Position numbers and translations under genes: made by a program. From Octopus sinensis (lineage: Eukaryota): a stretch of DNA of 64,000 nt. The stretch lies in NCBI RefSeq assembly GCF_006345805.1, contig NC_043013.1, positions 20,584,001 to 20,648,000 of the forward strand, in the 5' to 3' direction. Below are positions 39,200 through 53,163 of this stretch, one piece after another (positions within the stretch are counted from its first letter, which is position 1; each line of letters starts with the position of its first letter). A model generated the notes under the pieces. That model was not told where the DNA came from. It was given only the letters and a program-made list of their open reading frames with translations, and searched no databases.

Positions 39200-40700
39200 T
39201 TAAGTTGCAATTCCATTCCTTTCTGTCTGGGGCAGTGCCTAAGTGTCAAGCCGCATTAACTGTCTTATTAAAGAATTTACAAGTTCCCAGGAAGGAACCA
39301 ATCACAATAGTTTTATATCAACTGACTTTGCAGGTGCATTATAAGATTTTAAAAATCTTAATTGTAGTTATGACATACGTCGGCTTACGACGTTTTTTCG
39401 AACAAGTTTACGAATGAGAGAAGTATTTAAAACCAGGAAAAATACTGGCAAAAAAACAAACAAACAAGGAGAATCTAAATCTTTGTAAAATAATCAACCT
39501 TAATGGAAGCTGTAACACTATGCGACCCTCGAGAATACTCTAACCTATAATGTAGCTTGAGCTGAAGGGTTCTTCGATTAATGGACACGACCAAGAAACA
39601 ATGAAATTGCACTATATTTGGAAAATGTCGCGAAAGACCGTAAGAAGCAATGGCCATTGTTTTTAAATGTTAGCTGACCAATTAGGTTGCAGGATTGACT
39701 TTGAACTCACCCCACTACGCATAAGGGTATATGGATTAGTTTTCAGCCAATAGGTAACAAATATTAACGCTAAGGTTTTCCCCAGTTTTTCCTTTTCTTT
39801 CATTAATCTATTTATGTATTAATTTCCCCCTAACATGTTCAATTTAAGTTATTTCGGCCAACACCTTTAATATTGCTATACCCATTAAATAGCGTTTAGC
39901 CTCTAATCTCTGACCCCTGTAGCATGGAAACATACCATTAAAACCACAAAATAGCTTACTACATTCACTATTTCCCTCAGTATAATGGAAACACGATGTA
40001 AACCGCACTCCTGAGAGTGACTATATTTACTTACCACATTGTGGAATAGCATGGATTATAATAACACCTTAAAATGAAGTTCTTACCTTTCCTTAACATG
40101 TTTATTATATTACATTATTTTTTATTTTTACCTATTTTATCTCATTTACCCTACTCTGTAATCCTAACTGAATTTCCCACATGTTAGTTTCCTAACATTC
40201 ATCCTCTCTGAAGAAGCCTTGAGGCTCAACCATTACCCAACCGCTGCCCAATGTTTGTTCATCCTTGTGTATCACTGACGTGATGAGAATGACTTGGAAG
40301 ATTCTGAGGCCTCATGGTAGAAACGGCCGTAAGTGATTTGTATCTGTATACTCATCTATTATTATTCCTTCATCTCTCTCTATATATCGACTTACGTATT
40401 TATTGGCTGATCTCATTCGTTTACTTGTACCACTTAAACACATGTTTGTTATCATTTAATGAATAGATATAATCGAATTCTTACAGGCTGATGTTTGTCA
40501 GATTTATATCCTCTCCATTTTCTTATTTGCCTTATAAATCCTGGGTAAATTTACAATTTGCCCCCATCAATACCTAGTTATCAATTCCAATATTACCATG
40601 CAATAGTAAGCACTTGGTTAAAATACGTATGTACACACCCAGTAGGTATACATCCAGGTATTTAATATCCCTTAGATGGTTTATTAACCTCTAACTCATA
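39200..40700 (+). mobile_element. Decayed Penelope-like element (GIY-YIG remnant plus pLTR with HHR at 40202-40336)
   Basis: IVLYQLT...TYVGL (GIY-YIG-like) and LMEAVT, then CUGAAGA, an extended stem II and GAAAC-GGCC-GUA. Confidence 0.55.
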
Positions 40701-40788
40701 CAGACATATATGTTTGTATATGTAAAAGGTAAAAAGCAAAAAGTAAAAGAGTCAAAAGGAAGAGTTCGTACGGTTAGGCAGCATTTTA

Positions 40789-40905
40789 ATCGCTACAAAT
40801 GCTTCGATACATACAGATCCTCGTATATACAGGATTTAAAGTTTAAATTAAATTATTTAACGATATACCTGTATAAGAAGATCTATATGTATCTCCTCAG
40901 GCGAT
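40789..40905 (-). ncRNA. Type I hammerhead with ~26-bp stem II (A15.1 to G)
   Basis: AUCGC-CUGAGGA-GAUACAUA...UAUGUAUC-GAAG-C-AUUU-GUA-GCGAU. Perfect 5-bp stem I. Confidence 0.7.
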
Positions 40906-41102
40906 ACTCAGTTGTTGTTTCCGTAAGCAAAATTTAGATTTCCATGGTGCAGCATCCATGTCATCTAACAAACGCTGACGGTTTCAATTCGCTCAGTGTG
41001 TTATCACGTTCGCTATGAGATGCAATGTGCACGTTGTATGTATATATAAACGTATATATAAATGTATATATGTATATATATATATTAATATTTATATATA
41101 TA

Positions 41103-41196
<94 letters not shown>

Positions 41197-41200
<4 letters not shown>

Positions 41201-42110
41201 AGAGAACAGAGTAAGCATTGACTGACTTAGAAAACCGAGTAACATGGCCAAGCAGTTTGCGCTGCCGCTCCCGAATCATATAAGTAACTGGTTGTCTCAT
41301 AATTTCTTAGTGGAGACGTTGATTGGATACGATATCCGACCAATGGTAACTCATAAGGCGGCAAACCGCCCCGGCGCCAAAGGGGTTCAGGCAGCTCCAA
41401 AGAGATCCGGATAGTGTCCAAGTCTCACAATTATAGTGTAGGACCAGGGACGTAAAGATTCCTTTACCCTACTGCACAGATAACGACATCACCAATCACT
41501 CTCGTCCAGTGTGTCCACAACCGCACCAGCAAGTCCAAGTGTTTTTGCGGATTTCAGACTCGCAGTTAATGCGGATCTGATTCTCACTGCCGAGATAAGT
41601 GAAGTAGTCAACAGCATCGGCATTCTTACCCGCATCAAAGATACAAGAAGTGGAGGCCTCCAAAAAGCCAACGAAGAACTGGGTCTTTGTCCAAGAGACT
41701 CTCAATCCAAGTGGTTCGCTTCCTAACTCACTGAAGAGAGAGTGCTCAAGATACCCTGAATCAGCCAGAACGACTACATCATCATTGAAATCTAGGTCTG
41801 CAATCTTCGTTTCCCTAATGAGTGCATCATAAATCGATTGAGCCATCATTTGACCATGTACCCAATCCCCTGCAGACATTGAACAGAAGGGGAACCAAAC
41901 AGTACTCGGACGAATCCCAGATCTAACTGGAAAAAATTAAAAGTTGAGCCTCAAATCCGCACTTCATTGACTGTTCTGGTGTACAAGACTATCATCAGTC
42001 AAACTAGTTGAGGAGGTACACCTCACAGCCTCAGAATCCTCCAAAGCACATCTCTGTCCACCGAGTCAAATGCCTTGTGGAGTGTGACATAAGCTAGAAT
42101 GGTTATTGTC
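41197..42110 (-). mobile_element. RTE-clade LINE reverse-transcriptase remnant
   Basis: LHKAFDSVDRDVLWRIL, FPVRSGIR, DLDFNDDVVVL (motif C), GLRVSWTKT and FTYLGS. Confidence 0.88.
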
Positions 42111-42324
42111 CTGCAATGAAGAATCAATCCAAACATTTTGTCCGGAATATTTAGGAAGATGTTGAAGCTGCGCAAATTGCGGAAGTGCAGTTTATCAAAG
42201 AACGGAATTCAATGTTGTCCATACCTGGACTTGCGCAGTTCACGAAGGCAGTCTCAAATCAGGGACATAATGATTTGAAATTATATTTTTATTATTCAAA
42301 CCAGCTACTCGCCTGTAAACTAGA

Positions 42325-42362
<38 letters not shown>

Positions 42363-42795
42363 AACGAAAAGTTTGAGAGAATAGTTTGAGAAAATGTTAT
42401 ATGCTTTATTTGTTAGTCTACATTGAAGTCGTATCCTTTTTCACTCTCACGCACACACATTAAACATTCGCGTGTTTGTAGTTGTGACTGATAATTGGTT
42501 CTCATCTATTTAATTAACACATGGCACCCGTTTTAGTTAATTTTTTCTAAAACGATTATCTACTGCCATCTAAGTTAGTTTATTTGCTTCGCTACGTCAA
42601 GTCTCTATTCTAAACTTTAATTTAATTCTAGCAACTGTCTATTCTGTAATGGTGGCCTTCATCTTTTGTAACTATACATAATTTACGACTGCTATTTCTG
42701 CAGTTGTGATTATATTGGTATATAGAAACATATAGGTGTATATGTGTTTAGTCATAGCACTGGGAACTGGATTATCATTATTAAGGTAACGAAAT

Positions 42796-42990
42796 GGCTG
42801 CATATGTATTGCATGAGACAAAACGCTCAGCAGTATTGCTCTCGGCTCTTTATGTTCTGAGTTCAAATTGCACCGAGGTCGAATTTGAATTTCCTTTCGG
42901 AGTCAATAAAGTATTAGTAGAGTACTGGGGTCCATTTAACCGACTTTCCCACTACCATTCCCAAAAAGCCAGCTTTGGGCTAAAATTTAA
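42796..42990 (+). mobile_element. SINE family A, diverged
   Basis: ttctgagttcaaattgcaccgaggtcga..cctttcggagtcaataaa. Confidence 0.65.
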
Positions 42991-43206
42991 GACTATTACT
43001 ATTATTATTATTCGTCATATTTTTTATTAACCTGGCGTCTTATTTGTCAATATGTAGGTTCATGCGTTTTATTGTGATTTCATTGTCTTGAAGTTTCTGT
43101 GTGTAAAGAAACTAGCTCTATCGTTTGCTATGGCTTATATATGTGTTACTACACACACACATTAAACACACAAAAACACGTGTACACATACACACACACA
43201 CTCACA

Positions 43207-43251
<45 letters not shown>

Positions 43252-43924
43252 AACAAGAAGAATGAGAGATCGACGGGTAGAAATCAAATGACATTTGTAA
43301 GCCTTCACTTTATTTATTAGAATCATTCCTAAAAGTGGGAGATGTTGTTTGTCAAATAATAAATAAATAAATAAAAGCAAGCTACATCATTAGAATTCGG
43401 ATAACGATAATTCTTTTACATATGTTTTGCATGTGTGTTTGTCTGCGTGAGCATTGTCTTGTGTAGCTATACTTTATATGCTTCTTAATTTTCGATACAT
43501 CAAAGAAAATATGAAAGCATGTGCATACACAGACACAAAATAATCTATGCATGTACATCAGCAATTATATTAGGGTACATGTACACACACACACACACAC
43601 ATATCTGTGCGTATATAAATACTCATCTATATAATGCACATACAGGCAGCTCTTACTCCCCTCTCTTTCTTTCTCTCTTTCTCTTCTTTCTCCCTCTCTC
43701 TGTTTCTCTCAACACACACACTGGCAAAAGTTTATGAGAAGGTGAGAGGTCGCTGTCATTACGACAATAATCAAATATGTTCACCAGAGAAATAATCAGT
43801 TAAACTGTGAGAAATAGTTTCGAATGTACAACAAGGATCACCACATTAATATTCCGAAATTATGGCAACAACTATTCCCGATTTGTATGAGTTTTTATTT
43901 AACTTCAGTTCTCAGATTATCCTG

Positions 43925-44135
43925 TGTTAACTACGGGTCAGTTGAACAGAATTCAGAAAGGATCTTCGTGTAATGACGAGATCCAGCTGATGCCAGTGGT
44001 GAGATCTTGGATGTCTCCAGGATGCCTTGTGGGATGTCTTGTTGGCAAAGAGTGTGTTGGTGTTGCACGGGTCATGGTATGTGCAAAATTCAAGTAGTCT
44101 CTGACCATTGTCATTCATGTTGCAAATACCAAAAC
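43925..44135 (-). mobile_element. RTE LINE AP-endonuclease fragment
   Basis: FGICNMNDNGQRLLEFCTYHD..NTLF...SHKASWRHPRSHHWHQLDLVITRR. Confidence 0.85.
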
Positions 44136-44201
44136 ACATACACTTACATATATACATACATATATATACGATTGATTTGTTTCAGTTCCTGTCTACGAAA
44201 T

Positions 44202-44275
<74 letters not shown>

Positions 44276-44367
44276 ACACACGCACACACACAAACAAAGA
44301 TAAATTGATAGATACAACTGAGAGGGCAAACAAAAATATGCGTAGTGCTTTTTTTTTATATTTTGAT

Positions 44368-44675
44368 AAGCCTGGTACTTATTCTATCAGTTTCTTCTTG
44401 TGAAACCCGTAAGATATGGGGATGTAAGTAAACGAACACCAGTTGTGAAGCAGTGATGAGGGAGAAACACAAAGATACACACATAGACTTACATTTATAC
44501 ATACATATACATACAGTTGATTTCTGTCAGTTTCTGTCTACAAAATCCACTGGCAAGACTTTGGTTCGACTGAGGCTTTAGCAGAAGACACATACCAAGT
44601 TACCACACAGTGGGACTGAACTGAGGACCATGTGTTTTGGACCCAAGTTCGTTACCACACAGCCAAACCTGCACC
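44368..44675 (-). mobile_element. SINE family B, diverged
   Basis: Homologous to family B. Confidence 0.8.
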
Positions 44676-44801
44676 TATTTATGTGTGTGTGTGGGGGGGG
44701 TTGGAGGTGTGTATATATGTATGCATGTATATATATGTATATATATATGGGTATATATTACATGTACATCTATATATATACATCAAGACATACATGTATG
44801 C

Positions 44802-44851
<50 letters not shown>

Positions 44852-44869
44852 CCATATACATACAATAGA

Positions 44870-45112
44870 GAGATGTTTGTATTTCACTTTTAACACGTAA
44901 TACTGAAATAGTGGAGAAGATATGATATTGCTGTGGGCCCACCCTAGGCAAGAAGTTAAGAATTGTTTTGCCCATGACACTACATGGACCTTAAGTAATG
45001 CATGTATTATATTTGAATGAAATTGGTTGTGTAGTTCTCAAGTTTTAGTGATTCACACAGACAGACAGAAAGACAGACACACACACACATTCTCAGTTTT
45101 ATATATATAGAT
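44870..45112 (-). mobile_element. Possible non-autonomous Helitron 5' portion
   Basis: Minus strand starts A|TCTATATATATAAAA followed by a (TG)/(TCTG) microsatellite, the typical small-Helitron 5' architecture. No 3' CTAG end found. Confidence 0.4.
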
Positions 45113-45309
45113 AATTAGCATGGGGATCATAGGAAAAAAGGTGTGTAGATTATACTTATAGTGAATGCAATGACTACAGCGAACATTCCTTTAGGCAATT
45201 ATCACACCCTTGAATTTATATTTGGAGTTAGGGCGGTACAAATTCGACCTGAACACTAATTATAAGTACCTATTATCTTACATCATTTGACATGGCGTTA
45301 CCTACAATT

Positions 45310-45376
<67 letters not shown>

Positions 45377-46245
45377 TGTGAGTGTATATATGCTCGCGCG
45401 CGCACATGCACACGTGTGCGAGTGCTCGTGTGTATAAAGATCGACTGTATGAATTATGCAATATCTGTTTCTAAACATCAATTCCCATTAGTTGCAATGA
45501 AAAGTCAATATTACCTTTCAAATGTATCTGGGATAGTATCTGTTTACTTCAGAACGATATTTAATAAACAATTTGGCTTGCAAATTTTACCCGTACCATA
45601 TTGGTGAATAATAATTTATCAGTGTGCCTGCAAGTCTTATTTACTGCTCGGTTTAGCATAAAATATGAGAGCAACCCACCAATCCGAAAAGCGATCGATT
45701 GTATTAGCGGATCGATCCTCATGATCTTTAAAACCCACAACGTTAAATATAGCCTGAAGCCGAACAGAAAAAGAAAAACGAAAGAAAATCAATTAGACCA
45801 CAGCTTCATTAATATTCAGAATGTTACAGAAGTTTCTGAAGATAATTTCATATTTTTATTTTTTTATTTTTCTACACTAAAATGCTTTTAGAACACGAAT
45901 ATACCCATGACATTGGAATTCCATACCAACAAAGTTTTCAAAAATTGGCATTGAATTTTCCATTAACTCTGAACAGATTCCTTATAGTAAATATATTTCT
46001 AGGTACAGATGGGCTCAAAGAACGTTAAAAGACATTTTTTATTACATCGGTATTATCTCATTGAAGTATTCGTGCATATTAAATAATCGTAAAATGGGTT
46101 TACCGATATTCCGAGAGGAAAGAGGTCAGAGTTGACACTGTAGTACGTATCCAGATTAGTTTTTTCTTTCTTTATCTCTCTCACTATATCTCTATCTTTC
46201 TGCTTCACTTTTTCTCTCACTCTGTCTCCTCTCTCTGCCTGTCTG

Positions 46246-46302
<57 letters not shown>

Positions 46303-46370
46303 ATCTATCTATCTATCTATCTGTCTATCTAGATATATATCCCTTTGTGTGTGTGTGTATATATATAAAT

Positions 46371-46449
<79 letters not shown>

Positions 46450-46631
46450 GCTCTGTATTCTCTCTTTAGTTCTCTGCATTGTTATATGCTTGTAAATGTA
46501 AATTTATTTATCAATATATATGTATATACATATATCTATATCTATATATATATTGATATATATATATATATATATATCACACATACACACACACACACAT
46601 ATAAATAGATAAATAGATAGATAAATAGATA

Positions 46632-46790
46632 GGTGTGCTGTTCTTTTGTAAGAAGTTTGCTTCCCAACTATATGGTCCGAGGTTCCGCCTCACTGCGTAA
46701 CACCTCAGGTTAGTAACTTCTATAGCCCCAGGCCAACCAAAGCCTTGATGAGTGGATTTGGTTGATGGAAAGTATTAGAAACCCGTCACG
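46632..46790 (+). mobile_element. SINE family B 5' half, interrupted by the Tc1 element
   Basis: Homology stops just before the TA at 46799-46800. Confidence 0.7.
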
Positions 46791-46800
46791 TACAAAGGTA

Positions 46801-48400
46801 CAGTTGCGGCCAAAATCTTCAGAACGGCATTGTTTTCGTCAGAAAAGTAGGTATAAGTTTTTATCAATGTTGTTTTATATTCTATAATTTTCACATACAA
46901 TAAATACGATATTAATTGTTATTGTCTGAGATTTTGGTGTAATTTGAGAGGATAATACAAAGGTTATGGATGATTTAGGGATTTACTGCAAAATCCATGC
47001 CGGCCAAAATGATCAGAACGGTTGCTTTTACTCCGTGTTTTAGTATATTTAACCGGCGAACCCTAATGTTTTGAATTTGTTTACGTGACGGTTCGTTTAC
47101 TAAACATTAGTAAGAATATCTTCAGTGTACTTTGTTAATATAATGCCACTTACTCCGTTACCAATTCGTCAGCAGATTATTAAGCTTCGAAAAAAGGATA
47201 ATTTAAGTATTGGGTCTATTGCAAAGATTGTTAACAAGTCAAAAAGTGTTGTTCACGGTATTCTTAAGGTCTACGATGATTGTGGTTCGTGTGAAGCAAG
47301 AAAGTCTACAGGTAGGCCAAGAAAAACGACCAAGAGAGAAATGTGCTATGGTAAAGTTGGTTAAAATGGACATATAAAACTGCTGCTGCTGTTTCTCGGG
47401 AAATGAGCATTGTACTGAAGAAAACTTTATCACGAAAAACTGTGTCTCGTCGTTTAGTTGAACATGGCCTACAAGCAAGAACACCTGCAGTGAAGCCACT
47501 GATCAGCTCCAAGAATAAAAAGTGTCGTCTTACCTTTGCAACCGAACATGTGTTGTGGTCTCAAGAAAAATGGCAACCGGTGCATTTCAGTGATGAATCT
47601 AAGTTTATGTTATTTGGCTCAGATGGGAAAAGGTGCGTTCGTCGAAAAGTAGGTGAAAAATTGTCGCCTAAATGCCTTAAGACTAGTGTTAAATTCGGTG
47701 GAGGAAGTGTCATGGTTTGGAGGATGATATCTGGGGATGGTGTGGGCCCTTTGGTGCGATTACATATAAAGGTAAATGCAGGAGTTTATAAACAACTTGT
47801 AAAAGATCATGCCTTGCCTGTGCTGAGAAATTCAACTAAGAGATCACCCATAATCATGCAGGAAATTGCTCCATGTCACAAGGCTAAAGTGGTCATAAAC
47901 TTCTTCAAGGCTGAAAAGGTTATTGTTATGGATTGGCCTGCTCAAAGCCCAGATCTCAATCCTATTGAAAATGTGTGGAATATTCTAGGAGAATGTTCGA
48001 AAGCCAGAAATCCTAAAACAACTGAACAATTATGGAATGCCCTTCAGGAAGAATGGAATAAGATCACCCAGCAAAAAATTGAAAATTTAATTTCCTCATG
48101 CAGTCGAAGATGTCAAAGTGTGATTGAAGCTAAAGAGCTTCACACTAAATATTAAATAATTCCAGTATTCGCTGTCATTTTTGATTATTTTGTTATTTTT
48201 TCAACCGTTCTGATCATTTTGGCCGGCATGGATTTTGCAGTAAATACCTAAATCATCCATAACCTTTGTATTATCCTCTCAAATTACACTAAAATCTCAG
48301 ACAATAACAATTAATATCGTATTTATTGTATGTGAAAATTATAGAATATAAAACAACTTTGATAAAAAATTATACCTACTTTTCTGACGAAAACAATACC
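46801..48400 (+). mobile_element. Tc1 transposon, IR/DR type, right end truncated
   Basis: TA|CAGTTGCGGCC start. Left ITR 46801-~47023 has outer and inner ggccaaaat..tcagaacgg direct repeats. Right ITR 48203-48400 lacks the outer DR. Confidence 0.93.
47143..48155 (+). pseudogene. Tc1 transposase (DD34E lineage), frameshifted
   Basis: HTH region with GRPRKTT, frameshifts near 47340-47380, then FSDESKF, KFGGGSVMVW, QEIAPCH (for QDNAPCH), 34 residues to the E of WPAQSPDLNPIEN, and C-terminal HTKY. Confidence 0.92.
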
Positions 48401-48720
48401 TATTTGTGTGCTTTTATTGATGTCTTTCTCCATCCATTTCCGTCCATTATTTCCAGTCAAAATGAAGATAAAACTGACCTATTTAACGCCTACTGTTTTT
48501 CTTCCCTCACCATTTTTTTCATCCCCTAACCATCGCCGCTGTTTGATCCTATGATCCTATGATCCGATTCATCTTTAAACATCTTTCTTTCACCTAAGAA
48601 CACTGTCATTACAATCAGCACCCTGTACAAGATAATCAATGGATTTTCACATGTCTCCATCACTATGCCTTCCATTGCCTTCTATCGAACTGCCCTGTTT
48701 CTCTAGATACAACCCTTCTT
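48401..48720 (+). pseudogene. Possible decayed PLE reverse-transcriptase fragment
   Basis: LCAFIDVFLHPFPSIISSQNEDKTDL resembles the PLE RT N-terminal pattern ISAFVD..LQP.V..lPSY..D..D. Confidence 0.4.
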
Positions 48721-49841
48721 TCTTCAGAGATAAAGGAATATATTCTCTATAACAAAAACCATGGATGCAATCAGGTTATATTAACTATACATATATAATG
48801 TTGGCTTCTCTTCACTCGCAAGGAATTATTTTTCAATAACATCCAATTTGAAGTGTAATACACACAAAAATACGCACACACATATGTGTACATATAATGG
48901 ATATTGGCCTGTGTTTATACATTTATCGACATTCGTCTCAGATTTATTTTTCTCTCATAATTACCACAAATCTAATACCATCTAATCTTCAATTCATAAC
49001 TCAATATTATATTTTTATTACAATTTTTATTTTACTTTTGTTCTTATTATATTTGTGTTTCCTTTTTCATAACAGTGAAAACAACCTCTTCTAAATCTCT
49101 GTCTACCTGGAAATGAACGTATGATGTATGTAATATATATTCATAATTCTAGTGATAGTAACTTCGAAGTTTCTCAAGCATTTCGCGTCTTTAGAGGATT
49201 GGTTTATACAGAACGCAAACAAAAAAATCCCTAAAGTAATTGATTATATAAATTATGTACGTGTATGTATTTGTATGCATACACTATCGTTGCCTCAAGA
49301 GCCATGTGGCGAGATACCGAGTAGCGGTGCACAGAAATCATTAATTTCCTGAGAATGAAAATATCTATTTTAAATGTATTGAATAATATTTATCTTGTTT
49401 TCGCAACCAAACTTGTGTATTTGGGCGTGTTTTGAATGAAACGTAGCAAGAAAGGGAAATATAGAGGCATTTAAGGGAAAGCAGGATAAAATGCAATTTC
49501 CTTATTTTATTGTCATTTGCAAATTCACGTACGATATTCTGGGTAAAAATTGTTCCAAGGTTCAAATCATGAAACAAAATTACTGGAATGTGTGAAATTA
49601 CCACGAAATACGAGAGAAAAATACTAGTTTATTAATAAAAGGTGGAGGTCAGCCATTTCTCGTCAGTCGAATGTTTAGGCTTTGCAAAGAAAGTCATTTC
49701 GATTGAAATCTGTTTATCTCAATTCAGTTGTTTTCTTGTGGGTGATTTAGGCATTATTGAGGGTCAATGGGTTGTATACTGTCACCAGAACTGAACATAG
49801 TACATTTTGTATATATTAACAGGTTGAATAAGGAATTACAT

Positions 49842-50252
49842 GCGCGGAGTGGCTGTGTGGTAAGTAGCTTGTTTACCAACCACATGGTTCCGGGTTCAGT
49901 CCCACTGCGTGGCACTTTGAGCAAGTGTCTTCTACTATAGCCTCCGGCCGACCAAAGCCTTGTGAGTGGATTTGGTAGACGGAAACTGAAAGAAGCCCGT
50001 CGTATATATGTATATATATATACGTGTGTGTGTTTGTGTGAGTGTGTTTGTCCCCCCTAGCATTGCTTGACGACCGATGCTGGTGTGTTTATGTCCCCGT
50101 TACTTAGCGGTTCGGCAAAAGAGACCGATAGAATAAGTACTGGGCTTACAAAAGAATAAGTCCCAGGGTCGAGTTGCTCGATTAAAGGCGGTGCTCCAGC
50201 ATGGCCGCAGTCAAATGACTGAAACAAGTAAAAGAGTAAAAGAGTAAAAGAG
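49842..50252 (+). mobile_element. SINE family B, full length, young
   Basis: Intact head tggctgtgtggtaag/gggttcagtccc and (agtaaaag)3 tail. Confidence 0.92.
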
Positions 50253-51610
50253 ATATACACGGACATGTACACGCGCAAGGAAGGAGGATGACAGATATAT
50301 AGATAAGCATTTATTGTCAAGGGCTATGCGTGTGCGAAAGTGTATGTGTTTTCTAAAAGAAATAGCTAAGTGTCCTGAATTTAGACAACAAAAATGAGGA
50401 AAAGTATATTAAATACCACGCAAAATAAGATTTTCATTTATTGAAACTATCTTCGTTTCGAGGGAAGTTAAACAAACACTCAAGTGGCAATCTTAACCGA
50501 CTAATACTAAGATAATCTCAAGGACTAGTAACAAAACGATCTTTGTCCTTGGGCAAAAAGAGAACAGCTAAATAAATGTTTCTGCCTTAATGGGCGTCGT
50601 CGGCACAGATATTGTTTCACCTTAACTCCATTCATAATAAGACTATGATATATATAAAAAAAGATTAGAGCATTTAGGCCTAAGGTAATTTACATAGTTA
50701 AAGCAAAAATAAGCCACGAGAGTCTTCGGTTTATAGAAGTTATCTTTATAAAACACCAGTTTAACAATTTGGGGAAAAGTTTCAAAATTGCTGAGATAAT
50801 AAAGGGTTCAACCGGCAGTTATATATTATAAAATAATAACCGATTAAATTTGCGCATAACCGACGAAGTTGATAAAGGCACACTTGTGGGGACCTACAAC
50901 ATTTTCCAAATTGCGCAAAGTGGTCAGGAAGAAATAATTAAAATGAATGAAGTGGGTTTCGGATGACTAACTGCTAATGCCTAAATGATAGATAAATAAC
51001 GGATTGAAAAGTAAGATTATTCCATAGAAAACACATAGCAAATGCCTTTAGACACTGGGGCGATAATTATCTCATCCCTGCAAAATTGTGACTTCATTCG
51101 TTAGCCGATGCACGAAACGGCTTCACGAACAAAGATTTTCGAAGGGGGTATATCCACGTCTTACTGCTGCCCAACGAGTCCCATTGGGGACCGCAGAGGC
51201 TGCGTGGAAAGCTAGGTTGATCAGGACTAGTTGTAGTGTCCTTGATATTTCCCTTCTTTTGTCTTTACTTTCTTGCCAATCTCTACTTCTGACATAAGTC
51301 TAGCATGGCCGAACGGGCTAAAAGGTTTGCTTCACAATGACAGGATCCGAATTCGATCTTACTGCTTGGTATCTTGGGTAAATGTTACTTTTACTATAAA
51401 CTGAGGTCAACCCCATCCGCGTGACTAAGTAAATAGACAAAAAGGGTTTAGCTGACCATTAAGTACATAATTTAGCTCGTTCATTAGCTATGGTGCAGAG
51501 AGGTTCTTCCAAAAATATAGGACAAGTGTATGCGTGTTTATAAAATATTCAACAATTTTGCACTATATATACATACATACATACATACATACATACACAT
51601 ACATACATAC

Positions 51611-51724
<114 letters not shown>

Positions 51725-51840
51725 TATTTAATTTTGATTGAAAACTTTTGCACTGTTCTCGGTTCTGTTAACGGCTTGGCATTGATGTAGCAACATTTGA
51801 AATATTGTTCAGGTAAATCTAGCTGAAGAAGACTAATCAA

Positions 51841-51908
<68 letters not shown>

Positions 51909-52982
51909 TGTGTATGTGTGTGTGTGTATGTGCGTGTGTGTGTGTGTGCGCGTGTGTATGTGTGTGTGCGTGTGTGTGTGTATGTGTATGTATATATGCA
52001 GGTATGTATTGATGTGTGTGTGTGTTTACGTGACATTTCTCTTGCTCTGCTTGCGAAGGTTATGACCCATGTATGAACTCTCTGACTCTCATACCAATAA
52101 GTAAGTTTACCTTCCAATAATTTCCTTTATTCAGTCGATCTATTAACGGCAGAAAAATCTTCGTATCAAATTACGCGTCAATAAATTTCATTTATCTGTA
52201 TAGATAGCAAAATCTAATCCACTCTGCCATTTGTTGATAGAAGAAACTATTTTTTTTCCATTATCAATTAGACTATACAAAGAATATGGTTTATTAAGAA
52301 TCGCTTAGTTTCCGGGTAATTATCTTTGGTAAGTAAATGAAATTTAAAAACGATAAAGTAAAATGAAAATGTACCGACAGCGAGCTATAGTTTAGCTTTC
52401 CTATCGTCCTCTATTATATGTTTGCTTATCGTTTGCTACAGTTTCCTCTCCGTGACAAATTTATTGCTCAACTGCCAGAAGCGTTTCGTAATCTGCAACT
52501 TGATTTCAAACAATTTTGTAGCTGGGTTGCTATCGAATAATTATAATATAGTTTTGAATTTCCGTTTTCTCGTACTTTGACAAAAGATATTCTTGAATTT
52601 GAGTTCAGAATTATTTTTGCTTCAACGCAAAGTGGATAGATTCAATTATTTACCGTCGATGAGAACTTATTAAGCTCATTACTTCAACTGTTTCGGCTCA
52701 TCGAGTATACTGGGTGGTCACAAAAGGACTGGTGGAGGTAGGGTCACCCAATAGGCACTTCATCCATGATTGTATTTAGTCAGCTCACATTTTTGAAATG
52801 GTAATATCGAATTTGATTTTCAAGTGTCACATATTTAGGTTAATATTGTGTAATGTTGATCCACAACGTAAGGAATCCCGCAGTTTTAACATAGGGAGAT
52901 ATACGAACTTAAAACGATGCAAGCATTTCTCAAGCGCTTCGAACGATGTAGCCAGCGCGCAGCTTTAAAAAATAATTGCATC

Positions 52983-53122
52983 AAATTTTGGCACAAGGCT
53001 TAGCTGTTTTCAGCGGGAGTAGGTTAATATTAGACTGGTACTTTATTTTATCGTCCCTTTAAATATGAAGGCGAAGTTGTCCTCGGCGGAATTTGAACGC
53101 CGAATATAAAGAATTGGCAGAA

Positions 53123-53125
<3 letters not shown>
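52983..53125 (-). mobile_element. SINE family A, diverged
   Basis: ctggtactttattttatcg..cctcggcggaatttgaac. Confidence 0.65.
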
Positions 53126-53163
<38 letters not shown>

